Source: Paraglomus brasilianum
Taxonomy: Eukaryota
Direction: 5' to 3'
DNA: 64,000 nt
NCBI GenBank assembly: GCA_910592345.1
Contig: CAJVPI010000025.1
Span: forward strand, 1-64,000
In this document: one piece after another, positions 26,473 through 39,311 of the stretch
Position numbering within the stretch: the stretch's first letter is position 1
Layout: every line of letters begins with the position of its first letter
Made by a program: the position numbers and the translations under genes
The notes under the pieces: generated by a model
Database searches by the model: none
What the model was told of the DNA's origin: nothing
Seen by the model: only the letters and a program-made list of their open reading frames with translations

Positions 26473-29400
26473 TTACGGCAATTTTTTATTACGTCTTATT
26501 AAGTTCTGAAGATAAACTATCAATGTCCTTCCGAACACTGATGACCATATATGGATTGCAATGAGCCATGAAATAAAGATGAGAGAAATAAAGTACAGAA
26601 TATATGTGTATCTTACACCATAGAGTAAAGAATAAATAGTCATTAACAGAAGCATGCTACTAGTGACAGCTCGAGACCTATAGTAAACAAATATGGGACG
26701 ACAGTCAGTTAGTGAATGCTCTTAATACGCGCAAAGTATGTAAATAGTTTTAATCCAAATTCCTAATAACCGCCATTCAATCAACAATAAACTCAAACTC
26801 TTTTTACCTGCCAGATGTCCTCGGTAACATTTTCCCACTATTCATTATTTCCACATAGAATATTATTGGTGCTATTGCTAAGATGCTATGATCCGATGAG
26901 AATGGTGCATACCAATGTACTGCCAAATTCCTACTCCACACCATTAACGCCGGGACATTAAAAGGAAGCAGAATGAACAAAAATATAAGCACTGATTGAA
27001 CGTAATGATAATGATCCCAATGTTTCTGCAGGTCAGCACCCTTTCCCTGTGAAAAGAAAACTGTGTTAGCACCATTTATAAACCCGGAAAAGCAGAACAG
27101 GAAATCGGATACTATGACGTTGACCATCAACTATCTCTACTTACAGCTGACCATGCATTCATCAATGATCGTATGCATGATACTGTATGCACTACGAATG
27201 CTGCTACGAACGCAAGTTGATATGGTATGAACGCTGCAACGAGCACAAACACGAAGATGGTAGCTATAGTCCTCCGACGCATACCAGCCATCTTAGATTC
27301 TTGTTGCCTATAATACAAATAACCGTTAAAACAGCGAACGCTAATAATCAATACGAGTCAACTGTGGATAATTCTATTTCTTTTCTCGACCACCACCAAT
27401 AAGAGTTGATCTCTCGCATCTTAAAACGCTTACCTATTTACAACGCGAGCCAATGAGAATCCTCTCCAGTTGATAGCAATTATCATTCTAGTCAATAGTC
27501 TGACCAACAACGACAGAAATATCCAACACACAGATGTAACCCCAACGCTCAGGATGAGAAAAAGCGGATGTAAAAACCAAAAAAATGGATCATGATTGCC
27601 AAGAAGGGTGTCATTAACATTAAAGGATGCCTTTTCTTTTATAGCCTTATGTACATCTCCGGGCGTAGACTCGACTGGGAATAAGTCTGCTAACGAATAC
27701 GTTTTAGATGCTCCGCTTATGGATTGGTATATCGATAAGAGCGACACAAACACGAGTAACTTGGGCAATGTTCTTTGAACGAACTGTGCAAGTCCTTGTC
27801 CAAAGCTCATATACGATCCTATGAAAAATCAACAATATTTATAGTATTGATAAAAAATTAATGGCAGTATTCGAATACGATATCAGCATGTACAGTATTA
27901 AACAGTTCATAAATCCACGCGTGACACACGTCAAATAAAACCAATCGGAATGTAATCCCTCTCGACAATACATACCACCTTTCTGATATTCTTTCAATTG
28001 GATCCTCAAAGTCATTACCACAACCATGAAGGGAAACGCCACCAAAACGGACTGAAATCTCATTACGATCTTTCCTAAACTTCCGTATGCATCCAGTCTG
28101 ATGTCTATTGATAAAGGCGCTGAACATGTTGGGTCTATCCAAAATTGTAGACTGAGACCTTTCCGCAGTTTCGGGCTGCTGACTGGAAGGACAAATGGCG
28201 CCTGTCCATGGATATTGATATCAACATTTTGGGCATTGACCAAGAACTTGGATTCATGCATCGATGATATCGATTGGCGAATGAGTGTAGCAAAGAACCG
28301 ATCGTCTAGAGGACAAGTCGATTAGTGCCTGGTAAAGGATGAATATTGAACGATATTTATATCTTACCATCACAGCCAGGACGATTCACAAACATCTTGT
28401 ATGTCAAAAGGCTATTATCAATTATTGGTACGTGCAGAGTAGACACGATGGAATCAGTCATTGGGAGTCCGGGAACATGTATGCCATAAAGCAGGAGATC
28501 TAAATCAAAATTATAATTGAATAACGATTAAGCTGGTAACAAGTCTAATAACATTAACGACAACTAATACAAAAGTCGCCGGTGAATGAAACGATAAAAA
28601 CGATGAAATTCTATTTATATCAGAAAACTGCACACCTTTCATTGACGTGTCAATCCGCGTGACGGTCTTACTTTCATCAATAAATTCGGCTAGTAGAAAA
28701 CCATCAAGTCCCACACCTTCTTTATTCATTATAGCAACATACTGATAGTCTCCCAACTCTTGCACATTCAATTTCAGAAAACTGAAAGTGCGTCTAGATG
28801 AAGGAATTCTATCGTATTTTGTTGATGCAGGCATTAGGGATGCTTTATGAGATGCATTGTAACACGACAACCTTGGAGCGCTAAGGAACGTTGCCTTCTC
28901 CGTCGTCGCATCGTGCACGTCACGTAATTTGCTAGGTATGACTCCACATAACAAGACTAGCAAACGTGAAGATTTCCCGAGATGCTGATCGGTAAGCAGA
29001 GAGAATGTTGTCAAATTAGATAGAGGAGTTGGTGGTGGAATTGGCATAAGGTACACTTTGTTTGAGATGTGCGATGTCCTGAGTACTAATCTCTGCTCCA
29101 TATGAAGATATACATGAGGTTTCTCTTCTAGATCCAACACTCCGAAAGATTCTATAAAATAAGTCATGAGGTATGGAACGGTAAAATTATTAATAACAAC
29201 GCCAAGGTGGTTGACATCAAGCTCACAACTATGTGAAAAAAGCTTCTTATTCTTATGCAGCAACCAATGTAATCCTAGATGCTTACCCCATTGATCCCGT
29301 TCAGTCTCCAGCCGATCTTCAAGACCAGTCAAGAGTGCCTTACGAAATATTTTCATACGTTCCGCTCTTGGCTTTGTCTGACCTGCACGCCTTACATCGA

Positions 29401-30733
29401 CTATATTCAACATTGTCTTTGCAATAACGTTAACTAATTGCTTGCACCATAAAATACATTGATGATCCATTGACGTCCACACACTCGGTATTGATGTGGT
29501 GAATACAGTGAATCCATGTGATGCTGGGACAAGAGAGTTAATATTGGCTGTATCTGAGCAGATGATAGTATCTAGATTGCCACCGGCTATGGAAATAAGC
29601 GTGACATCCGACAATGGAGCCGAGGACGCTTTGCCATTGGAATAGCTTTTCCGCCAGTATTCGTTAATGTTTGTATAAATTTTGCTTATTTGCCAATCAA
29701 GCGGCGCAGGTGGAAGCAGGTGGGGAGTTGCCATAGTGATAATTGTGTTTATGGAACCAGGTTCATAATTAGGCATAGTAAATAATGTCCGGGCAACTAT
29801 TCCACCCATCGAATGAGCAATAATAATTACGGAAGATGGTTCCGGATGATCTCCGCGTGCAGCTGGATACAATGAAAGTATGTATCGAATAGCATCATTG
29901 AGATACTCTGCCTGTTCAAGCAATGAATTTCCATGAAGTGCAGAGAATTCCTCATTGAAATCAACTATATACAAAAAAGAAGAGTTATTTAATTGCAAAT
30001 TAACACTATTACAGAAACAGAATAGGCATGACGCTCTCACCGCTTCTTACTTATTTCCAATACCTGTGAAAAAATCTAATCCTCTCATACTATCGTCCCA
30101 TTCTGATAGTCCGCTATAATACAAGTTGGCTGCAGCAGATGCGATTGATCTTACTTGCTTGTAGCTTCCAGCATTCCCGGGGATAAACAGAGTAGGTATA
30201 CCGGTTGGTCTATCGCTGTTGTCTTTTCCAGCTTCTCTATACAAATATAATCCATATTTCTCAGCAAATATAGTCTGTTCACTATCAAATCCCACCATCT
30301 TAATATATCTGGGATTCATGTATGTAACTTCGCAGCCCTTTGTATCTCTTTGATAATTTATGAATGAGTCAAAAATGAGCCCAGACATAATCATAGTAAT
30401 TAATAGTATTAAGATTATTGAGAATGACAAGGATATTGATGCAGATGTATTGAGTAGTGAAGATAAATGCGAGGGCGATTTATTTCCGTGTGATTCGGAA
30501 AGTGAATTGGAATCGGGAGTGGAGCTTGAGTTCGATTGCGGGTTAATTAAATTGGTAGATAATAAAGGTGCCTCTTCATTGGAAATGGGCGATGTAGGTG
30601 ACGGTGTGCGCTCTCTAGTCTGTTGTCCATTTGAGCCGCCGATACTTGACGTAAAGATATCAAATGTTCTCGTGTCATAGTATTGCGGTGTGATTTGAAG
30701 TGTTTCGCATTGTTCTGATTCATGTATACCCAT
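26473..30733 (-). CDS. BST1: GPI inositol-deacylase (PGAP1/Bst1), multi-exon, multi-TM
   Basis: 'GCEVTYMNPRY', 'LFIPGNAGSYKQVRS', 'DFNEEFSALHG', lipase motif 'IAHSMGG', 'MATPH', 'MDHQCILWC', several C-terminal TM segments. Confidence 0.95.
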
Positions 30734-31317
30734 TTACTGAAATATGTGAAGGAGTTAATGGGCGAATGGATAAGGGGATGAATGGGATGATTGAACGAGA
30801 GTGAAACAGATCTAGAGTTATCTCTTGCAGTTCAATTGATGCATTTTATTGTATGGGTAACGATTATTTGTACTAACTGTTCTAATTATCTCTGAATCGA
30901 CGCGAAGCAGTCATTCCGTTGTCAGTGTAAACCAGTGTTGAATTATTCTCTCTAGAGTCATTCATCTCGACTAACCTTGTAATTTCTATGTGCCTTCGGT
31001 ATGCCTCTTAAATGTCTTCCAGATTACGACCAGTGTTCTGAGGGGCGGGCAGACTAAGAGAGCGAAAGCACTCTATTCGAGTATGGCAGAAAGGTATGTT
31101 GGAACTAAATGTAACAGCTTGGATGGTCACACATTAGTATTAATATTAGGATCACAAAAACCAAATCAGCGACAGAAAAATAGTTGTAGGTATGACATGC
31201 CTTTTCAGCAGGTGATTATTGCATCTTGTCACTCGGAAAGCGGAGAAACCGAAGCACCGGACGTCACATTATTTCGAATACCAAGCAGAGAAAATATTAC
31301 GGGCGACACGGTCCGGT

Positions 31318-31363
31318 TTACTATTACTATTACTATTACTATTACTATTACTATTATAATTAC
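31318..31363. repeat. (TTACTA)n microsatellite
   Basis: ttactattactattactattactattactattactatt. Confidence 0.9.
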
Positions 31364-33318
31364 GACATTTTAGTTTCCGTCTACCGTCATTTGGTGACTA
31401 TTCTGATGAAAAGAATGACAAATTGCCGGAATTTTTTCCCCGCACATTTCCTTTCTCTTGGCTTTTTCTTTTTTTATGAAAACAATTAAGATGCTATGAG
31501 ATTACTTTTCCTTTTATTTATTGTGGCATTGTTCGAGAATGTCAATTATTGACTTGTACAATTCGTTTACATCACATCATTGTACTTCCAGTGTGATAAC
31601 TCGCATTCCTCCAAATGCGTCGTTTCCATAGTTAATAGCGTTATTGTTATTATTGTTATATTAACGGTATAGCCTATTATGAACTCCTTATAGTGACATG
31701 CCAATTGGCAGACGGCAGATGATCGACAAAACCACATGCTTGCCAAACAGATTAAGATTACTTGATATTGATTATCTCAGCGTTCACACAAATTATCGCA
31801 GCCAATATTGTCTATTCCACGTGATACTGGAATGCATACTCACGATAGCATGTCGATAAGCATGACATCAGCCGTACTAAACTAAACTAAACTAAACCCC
31901 AACTAATTAACAAGCGAAATGGCCTAAATTGCTTGGAAATATTTGCTCTCTCGTATATCGTATCACGACGCCAAACACAAGTTTTTGTTTCGTTGTCACA
32001 AGTGATTTCAAATTCTTTTTGCATAATTTAATTTTGTCATATTCTTCTAAGCCAATGTTGCACAGACTTGTAGCATATTTCTGCTAGCATAAGATAAGAC
32101 TAACTAAATCGACTCGGTTACGTACGTGACATCTATCAAGCCAGGAAATTTTTCTACTGATGGTATCAATGACATCTTGATTTTCGTTGGAGCATCCCAC
32201 CATGTATTCAGGAAAGAAGGTTAACATTTTTGAAGCAAATGCCAGACGATTTTGTTTTGGTAAAAACACTTTTAGGTTGACCGAATTGCAACCTAACCCA
32301 ATTCGAAATCAGGTCAACCCAGTTTAAAATAAGCATATTAATATTTATTTTCTAAAACGATATTTGGCAAAACTGTCGATGAACAATTGTGTCCTACCTA
32401 TTTAATAAAATCCATTGTTGAAGGGTGTGTTGTGTCGATGAGTATTAATTAGCCGTTAATAATACTCATATTAAATAAAACAATACGATCAAAGTAGTGG
32501 AAACGATCATCATATTAAAGCAGGTGAGAACAAATAAAATAGGTTTATTAATATGAAGATAATTTTACGAATCACAAAGATAAGGATGATGAAAATCCAT
32601 ACCAATAAAGAGCTTTTTTATTGCTGAAATAATACACCTGTCATGGTCCGTCGTCTAGGAGACCAAAAAATTGACCGGGATATTCTTAAACTAAACTTTT
32701 TTACACACCCACGTTAATTCATGAAGGCGGTTTTTTGTTGCTAAAGTATAAACTCGCACTTCATACGTTGTGCTAAATTTAGAATATGGAACTGGTTTTC
32801 CTGTTTGGGCTGATACTCAACCCCGTTTGCTTGAGCTACAATCACTGTAGATGTTACTCTAAATTGTTTAGATTATACGGTGATTCTAGCATTCTAAGCA
32901 ATAGACGTTTCCGTTCAGCAACAAACCGCACAAAGTAGAACTATTATTAGAAAAACAACCAGTAATCCTTAGTTGAAGAGTATATTAACAAATGAAGGAC
33001 TTTTTCGTACGCATTTATATCAAGTATTATGATTATCATGCTCTGATACATTTATTTAAGTTATTATACGGCGATTACGAAACCTCTAATGTGTACATGG
33101 TGATGTAAGTATGACGTTTGAATTGACTTTTAAAAGGGACGATAAAAATAGTGATAGGGATTGAAAGTGGGATGTTTCTCTTTCTTTCTTGTATGGAAAG
33201 TGTGCTATCCGAGATTAGTTTTTCACCCTCTTAAGCAGGTTTCCTTTTTTACAACGATATAGTATACTGGATATATATACTTGTCTTCTCAAATGGGGTT
33301 CGTAAACAAGTAAATATT

Positions 33319-33960
33319 ATGTTGGTCTTGGACTTTGAATTCGTCTCTAACGAATGGACGAATATTATGATAAAGATCTTCTTGTCTTTTGTATCCAAAG
33401 GAGGAGGAGTTAGTACTAGGATGGAAAAAGATTTAATTTCTTTGGTAATTTCAGCAACATTACCTTTCTAGTTTTTAACAAATTAAATTCAGTAAAAGCA
33501 CCATTAGCCACCTGCTGAGCTTTGACAATTCCAGGGTTAGCCGCTCCAAAAAGAAAAATGTTGGTATACTCAATTTCTTGGCAACCTCAACAATAAGGTC
33601 CACACAATCTGCTGTTGTATTTCGGTACAGTTTTTTAATCAATCCAAAGCTACACCATCACACTTGAATTTAGTATGTCCAGGTATGATTCGATGCTTTC
33701 ATAGTAACCACAAATTACCAAATATAAATATAATCAAACGGTCGCATTGTCTTTATTCTGCCCACCAGCGTTATCGCATGTAATCTTTAAATGCTTTAAT
33801 TCCACCCATCGAACACATTGCTCAGTGTGCCATTAGGACCTTTGCCGATAATTTTGTCTTCATCGAGAACGTAATTAATTTGTTCGCGTACTGCTTCATC
33901 TTGCATACCAAATAAATGCACTTTACGTGTACTGAGATAATAAATCAAAGGGAATCGTTT
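33319..33960 (-). mobile_element. Decayed Sola-like DDD transposase C-terminal half
   Basis: 'IYYLSTRKVHLFGMQDEAVREQINYVLDEDKIIGKGPNGTLS', 'HLKITCDNAGGQNKDN', 'IPGHTKFKCDG', 'FGLIKKLY', 'LYHNIRPFVRDEFK'. The DNxxGQNK and GH(T)xxxxD motifs are typical of Sola transposases. Confidence 0.75.
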
Positions 33961-34014
33961 ATTTGATTATTGTATTCCGTGGAGTAAGTACTTAACAACG
34001 AGGGAATCTCACGC

Positions 34015-34890
34015 TCAATAAGAGGCGCGTACAACGCTCCTGGATTTTTCGTCGTATTCCTCATCTGGTAATTCTGGTCCATAACGCACTATCTTTCCGT
34101 CAATGATCATGACATGACTACCTTGAGATGAATCAAACTGTCGAGCCTCGGTGAAGCGACGATATGCAATAAGGTTTTTTGCAAGTTCTTCTCCTTCTCT
34201 TTGTTCGGGATCGGGATCGGTAACATAATCAAAGATAAGACAGCGCTCAGAGATATCCATTGTAGAGGGCCAAACAAAATTAGGACCGACGACAATTTTG
34301 GGGATAAGATGCAATCAAACTGGGTCAGGTTTTTTGTATACCGTAAAATTTCTCTCTGTCCTTATCCGTTAATGGTCCATATTGCGATTCTTCAATGCCC
34401 AGTTTTTGAGCGAATTTTTCGAGATCTGCATCTTTAGTATTAGGGTCAAATTTTCCGTAAACAGGCTCTTCAGATGTATCGTGCTTTATTTCTTCAACAG
34501 ATTCTGTTTTAGGATTAAGCTCAGACATTTTATCAAGTGGGCAATATGTACTTTATTATAACATAATAACACTAGAAATTACGAATTAGCGACGGAGTTG
34601 ATCGATTCATTTTCGATTGAACGAGACTTTGCAGTGTTTTTGTTATCGACTATGGTGTTAAACAGATTTTATTAGTATAAACGAACAAAGATATTACGAG
34701 AAATTATGAGACACATACGGGAAGCCAAGACTAAGTTTAGGTAGTCATGTTTCTCCTCATCATTGTTGCAGGCAGTGAAGGCTTTCTCCGCTCTAGCTTC
34801 GGCTTCGCTATTTTCAGTGAGGTAGTAGAGTAGGATAGACTTTTGCTCCCTATTGAGATTGAGGGAAGCAATCTCTGCATAGATGTCCAT
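34015..34890 (-). pseudogene. Disrupted 2-exon hypothetical gene of a multicopy fungal family
   Basis: 'MDIYAEIASLNLNREQKSILLYYL..' + intron + 'EPVYGKFDPNTKD..', then a stop/frameshift to '..LAKNLIAYRRF..HVMIIDGKIVRYG'; ends next to the Sola-like relic. Confidence 0.55.
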
Positions 34891-35310
34891 TTTACCTGTA
34901 GGTGGTGGGTCGACATGTTAATACACTTCACAGTAGTATACGAACCAGAACTGGACATTTCAGTTTTAAGTTGGTCAGTTTCAAAGATTTTACTGCCTGT
35001 GGGATGGCATATTAACACCCAAATGCAACAAGATTCTGAAATAACTATGTTCGCAAATGATAACCTGAATTTTTTTCTCTCCCTTCCTATAAACTTTTAA
35101 AGCGTGCTTTTGGAATTTATGTAAGCAATACTACGCTATATTTAACAAGTTTGATTGGCATCATGTAGATCTTTCTACAACATCCCTGCATTAGAACCGC
35201 GTAAGTCGCGTGAGAAATTAAGTGATCGGCATTATGTTTCGGAACGCGCATGTGATTTTTAACTCGATAATTTAAATAAATCTGTACCTTATATAAAGTT
35301 ATTAACAGAC

Positions 35311-35940
35311 ATGTCGTCAGAGCTTGAATCATTGAGACAAAGAGTCGCTAAACTTAAGGCTGAGAATATGAAAATAAAACAGCTTATAGAAGAAAGCGCC
35401 AAACGCGAAGCCGAGAGCGTTACCTTAAGGCGAAACTAGAGAAGAATAAAATAGACACTGCCAATCTCGTGGTTGAGAATGCTGAGCTTAGAGATAGAGT
35501 CACGAAATTGAAACAGAAGCAGACACAAAATGATATTATGCATAAAATAATTTTTTCAGCCTTGCTGAACTTGTTCAGACTTAATACTAAATCAAAGAAG
35601 ATAAGGAAGTCGATGATTTTGTTGATTTGAAGAATAAAGAAAGAATTAGTAGTGACATAAGAGATAGAAACAGAGAGAAGAAAATGCAAGCCCAAGTTTC
35701 ACACAGTCCTTCTTTGATGTTAGCCGATTGCAATAATATTTCGGATACCGAGCAGAGGAAGAACCACATGGTGATCTGGAAAAATGGTTTCAATCAAAAA
35801 TCACATGACATGAAAACAGTGACAAATTTGTCACTGAAGTACTGTATCTGAATTGAGCAAGATGATGAAATTAATGAGGTTGACACCAGTCAAGTTGTAG
35901 TAGAGAAGATCAGAGAATATTACAAGAATTGATGAACAAA
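35311..35940 (+). pseudogene. Frameshifted coiled-coil ORF of a multicopy hypothetical family
   Basis: 'MSSELESLRQRVAKLKAENMKIKQLIEESAKREAE', 'ENAELRDRVTKLKQKQ', 'KEVDDFVDLKNKERISSDIRDRNREKK' in shifting frames. Confidence 0.55.
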
Positions 35941-35949
35941 TTCAAACAA

Positions 35950-36065
35950 GCTGGCTTTAGATCCAAGTTTTCGGAACCTAATATCGTCAGCATCCACTTT
36001 ACCCAATTTATTGGCCAGCTTCCTCTTGATCACCTCCTTCAGGTCATCAACATCCTCTCTGCCAA
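35950..36065 (-). pseudogene. Crinkler (CRN)-type N-terminal ubiquitin-like domain fragment
   Basis: 'EDVDDLKEVIKRKLANKLGKVDADDIRFRK' matches the VxDLKxxIK..VDAxxLxL pattern. Confidence 0.55.
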
Positions 36066-36777
36066 AATTTGACTTTAACCACTGTACTTGACCATATATT
36101 GAAAGGTAGTGACCCAGCCATGGCAAGAAAAGTTTTGTATGAAACGCTCAGAACTAATGTGCGATGTGATCTTATATTACTAACACTGATCAGTTGCTTA
36201 ATCAATAACGTATTGTTACACAATATAACCTGTATAATGCAAATAAAGTCGTACAAATATAGTAAAGTGATTGTTTACTGCCATAACCTATAATCGGTCA
36301 TAGTGCAATAAGTAACTTGTGCATCTTTGAAATATAATGGTTTATTATCCGTTTTCTGGCAGCTAAATTTGTCTTTCACTCAAATCTGATGCTAGAAAAA
36401 TTACAGAATTTGGATATTTACATTGGTAGTGTCTTTTAAGACTAATCTCTTACGTCTAAGTGATAATACTCCGGAGATTGAAAAATGCTTTATATAAACC
36501 GGTAACTGTAAGGTAAGTCCAAATTTGTAACGATAATGACTACTTTATATGGTGACTCAAATTCGAATTTGTATTCAAATGTTTCAACTAGTGCAAGCTT
36601 TACAACCCAAAGGTGAGTAGTTATATGTAAAGTAACTCTTGTTTCGTACGCGTAATAATAATACGGACTAACACTAATGTAGGTGTATTGAAAGAAAAAA
36701 AATTTTTTTACGCCACTAACGTGCATCTTTAAATCTTGATTAGTTCCACTGTTTCAACTGTCTCAACTTCTTCTCAT

Positions 36778-37644
36778 ATGCCACTTCGACTGAGCAAAAA
36801 ACTCCTTAACCAAGCCAGAGATCGCTTGCTTGCGCTTCAAGAAAAATTGGAAGTGGATGAGGATACAAAGCCAATAATTATCGCTGAAAATGTGTCTCTT
36901 GGAGACTACATCAAGTATCGCAAAACTGACCGAAAACTCCCTGTCAGAATTCGCTTGGTTGACGGGAAAATTCTAGCTTATGAAGTACCTCTTACATCCC
37001 ATGGAGCCGTAGTAGGCAGAATTTCAAAAATGGTAGTTGTCTGGAATAATCAATTAGATTGTGCATATGAAGAAGATCTTATTGTAGGACTGAACAGTTA
37101 CTATACAGCTGACCTTACCATTCGACCACAAGGACTTCCTAGAGCTCCAGCTGGACAGGAACCCAACTCAGACGGAAATGCATATCCAACAATGGTTGTC
37201 GAGGTTGGCAACAGTGAACCAGTCCCTAGCTTACATGATCTTTCAGCGGGTTACTTTTCTCCACGAACGACCATTCAAATTTACCTTGCAATCAAACTGT
37301 TTCCCATTCGTCAGAACGGTACAAGGGCAATGCTTGCGCTGCGCTACTTACGTACAAATCACAACAATACAGTGCCGGACATCATCATATCTTTTGGTAC
37401 CGCGTCTCCCCACTCTAGTACAATAGAATTTCTTACAAATGTAGTTGGTGTTCCACCTGCTAACATAACTGGTGTTGGGTTTTCAGCAACTGCGTGCAAC
37501 ACCCCTGGTCTTCCGGATTATCGATTGCATATTCCCGTCATTGAACTTTTTAATGGCGCCTCTGGCGGTGTCCCTGGGGCATTTAATGGGTTATATTTGG
37601 ATTTATGGGAATTGCAAAATATAGTATTGACGTTAACCCGTTAA
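36778..37644 (+). CDS. Intronless Uma2/DUF820-like PD-(D/E)xK restriction-endonuclease-fold protein
   Basis: Open 288-aa ORF: 'RLVDGKILAYEVPLTSHGAV', 'YTADLTIRP', 'YPTMVVEVGNSE', 'IQIYLAIKLFP', 'ISFGT', 'LDLWELQ'. Confidence 0.75.
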   Translation: MPLRLSKKLLNQARDRLLALQEKLEVDEDTKPIIIAENVSLGDYIKYRKTDRKLPVRIRLVDGKILAYEVPLTSHGAVVGRISKMVVVWNNQLDCAYEEDLIVGLNSYYTADLTIRPQGLPRAPAGQEPNSDGNAYPTMVVEVGNSEPVPSLHDLSAGYFSPRTTIQIYLAIKLFPIRQNGTRAMLALRYLRTNHNNTVPDIIISFGTASPHSSTIEFLTNVVGVPPANITGVGFSATACNTPGLPDYRLHIPVIELFNGASGGVPGAFNGLYLDLWELQNIVLTLTR

Positions 37645-38039
37645 TCTAAAACTCCTTAACGTCATTTGTGGTACAAGTGGTAAAACTTATAATAGTGTGT
37701 TTCAGAAATGAGACAAGAAATTAGCTTCCATTATAACAATCAAAGTAAAGTTTGCTTGCATGCATATTAGCTTATCTTTTAACTATGATATGGTTATGTC
37801 CGTGAAGTTTTGCGTTATTAAGCTTTAACCATTATATTTATATGCAAGTATGTGCATCAAAAACACCTTGCATACTTAGGGATTATATTCTACGAAGAAG
37901 ATTGAAATCTTTATCCCGACCCAAGCAAATATATAGAAATCCTCTTTTGCTATAGTCAATCGATTGTAATAAGCAGCCGTCCTTGTTGATTATTAATATG
38001 TACTTTCCTACATGATCTGATCGTACGTTATACATTCCC

Positions 38040-38500
38040 TTGTTTATTTGCAATGCACGTGGAAAAAGTATTTTACCATAAATAGCCATTCTCTTGGAGT
38101 ATTGCCATTCTTCGTCATTATAAACATGTGATCGAGGGGTACCCTCATACAGAGATATATCTCTTCACTTATCAACCTCTCGCGTCTGGACATATCCATC
38201 AATTCTTCTGAATCGAGGTTTTGATCTCGTGCAAAGTCTATTATCTCTGCATCGGACATCATTCTATCTCGGTATATTTGTCATAAATTTATCGGGTCCT
38301 CACCATGATCGATGGCCAATTGTCTGAGACCTTTTCACGGGGTATGTATCCTGTAGGTAACGAGATTTTTTTCTTTATTGCAAGATTTACTGGGTATAAA
38401 ACATCAAACCCTTCGATATTAACCACTCCGAGTAGTCTTTCTATGTATTCTACTTCCGTTCCAGGCCCTTTCGAATTAATTATTCTCTTGAAACATTATT
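38040..38500 (-). pseudogene. Decayed multicopy hypothetical ORF
   Basis: 'KKKISLPTGYIPREKVSDNWP', 'MSDAEIIDFARDQNLDSEELMDMSRRERLISEEIYL', 'PRSHVYNDEEW' in different frames. Confidence 0.5.
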
Positions 38501-38553
38501 GGTAGGTACAGAATACGTGTATTAAAAATTATTAGCGAACTAGCAAAGCTAAT

Positions 38554-38800
38554 ATGGGATTCTATTGTTGTTCTTATATATTCTCCGACTGGCGAAATTT
38601 GCAATAAAGACTGTTATAGACCTGAGGTGTGTAAAATTCATTGGAAGGCCCCTACGCGTGTAACTTGTAAAGAATGTGGTAAGTTGACATTCTCTATGTT
38701 TCATGCATGTAGAGATCATTCCGGTTTAAAGATTATTATCAACGAAAAAGGCTAGTAAAAATCACCCAGAACATATCTGAGAGTAACACTACAGCAAAAG
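38554..38800 (+). pseudogene. Frameshifted small Cys/His-rich (zinc-finger-like) ORF
   Basis: 'MGFYCCSYIF', then in the +1 frame 'PTGEICNKDCYRPEVCKIHWKAPTRVTCKECGKLTFSMFHACRDH'. Confidence 0.55.
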
Positions 38801-39311
38801 AGTAAATAATTATATTTTCGAACACTTACTAAAAAAATCCGGTTTAAGTTAAAAATATATATATATATTTGGCTGTCCTAAGAATTCGACTTAAAGCGCA
38901 GGAAAAGTGTGTCACCAGGCAAATTTTATACTGGTCGACATTATTGTTAGTGGTAGGTTGAATATTAGCATCACCTAACACTAATCCCACCATAATACCC
39001 ATTTCTGAATCTAACAACGACAAGAGTTAATTGGTATGCTTAACTACACCGGTTTGTCGCACCTTCAACAAAGTGAATTCTTCATATTTTAATATGTTAT
39101 CGTTATACAATAATGCAGTGTAACACTTACATCATTCACATGTGAAGTTCACTTGAGAAACAAACTGCATACTGATCTTAACTACACTTGTTACAGTACA
39201 TTCAATTGCTCACACGACAATGTTTCTAAAGACACTTGTATCACCTTGATATACATCCCCTGATCTGCACAGCATTGATCAAGAGAAACGTTCACAACTT
39301 TATTAAATATT

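Noticed and set aside
30990..31489. ORFs with poly-Tyr or (IT)n tracts
   Set aside because: These are translations of the TTACTA microsatellite.
32270..32325. Short inverted repeat (ggttgacc..ggtcaacc) containing ttcgaa, considered as a tRNA
   Set aside because: No cloverleaf or proper A/B boxes; I found no tRNA or rRNA genes in the window.
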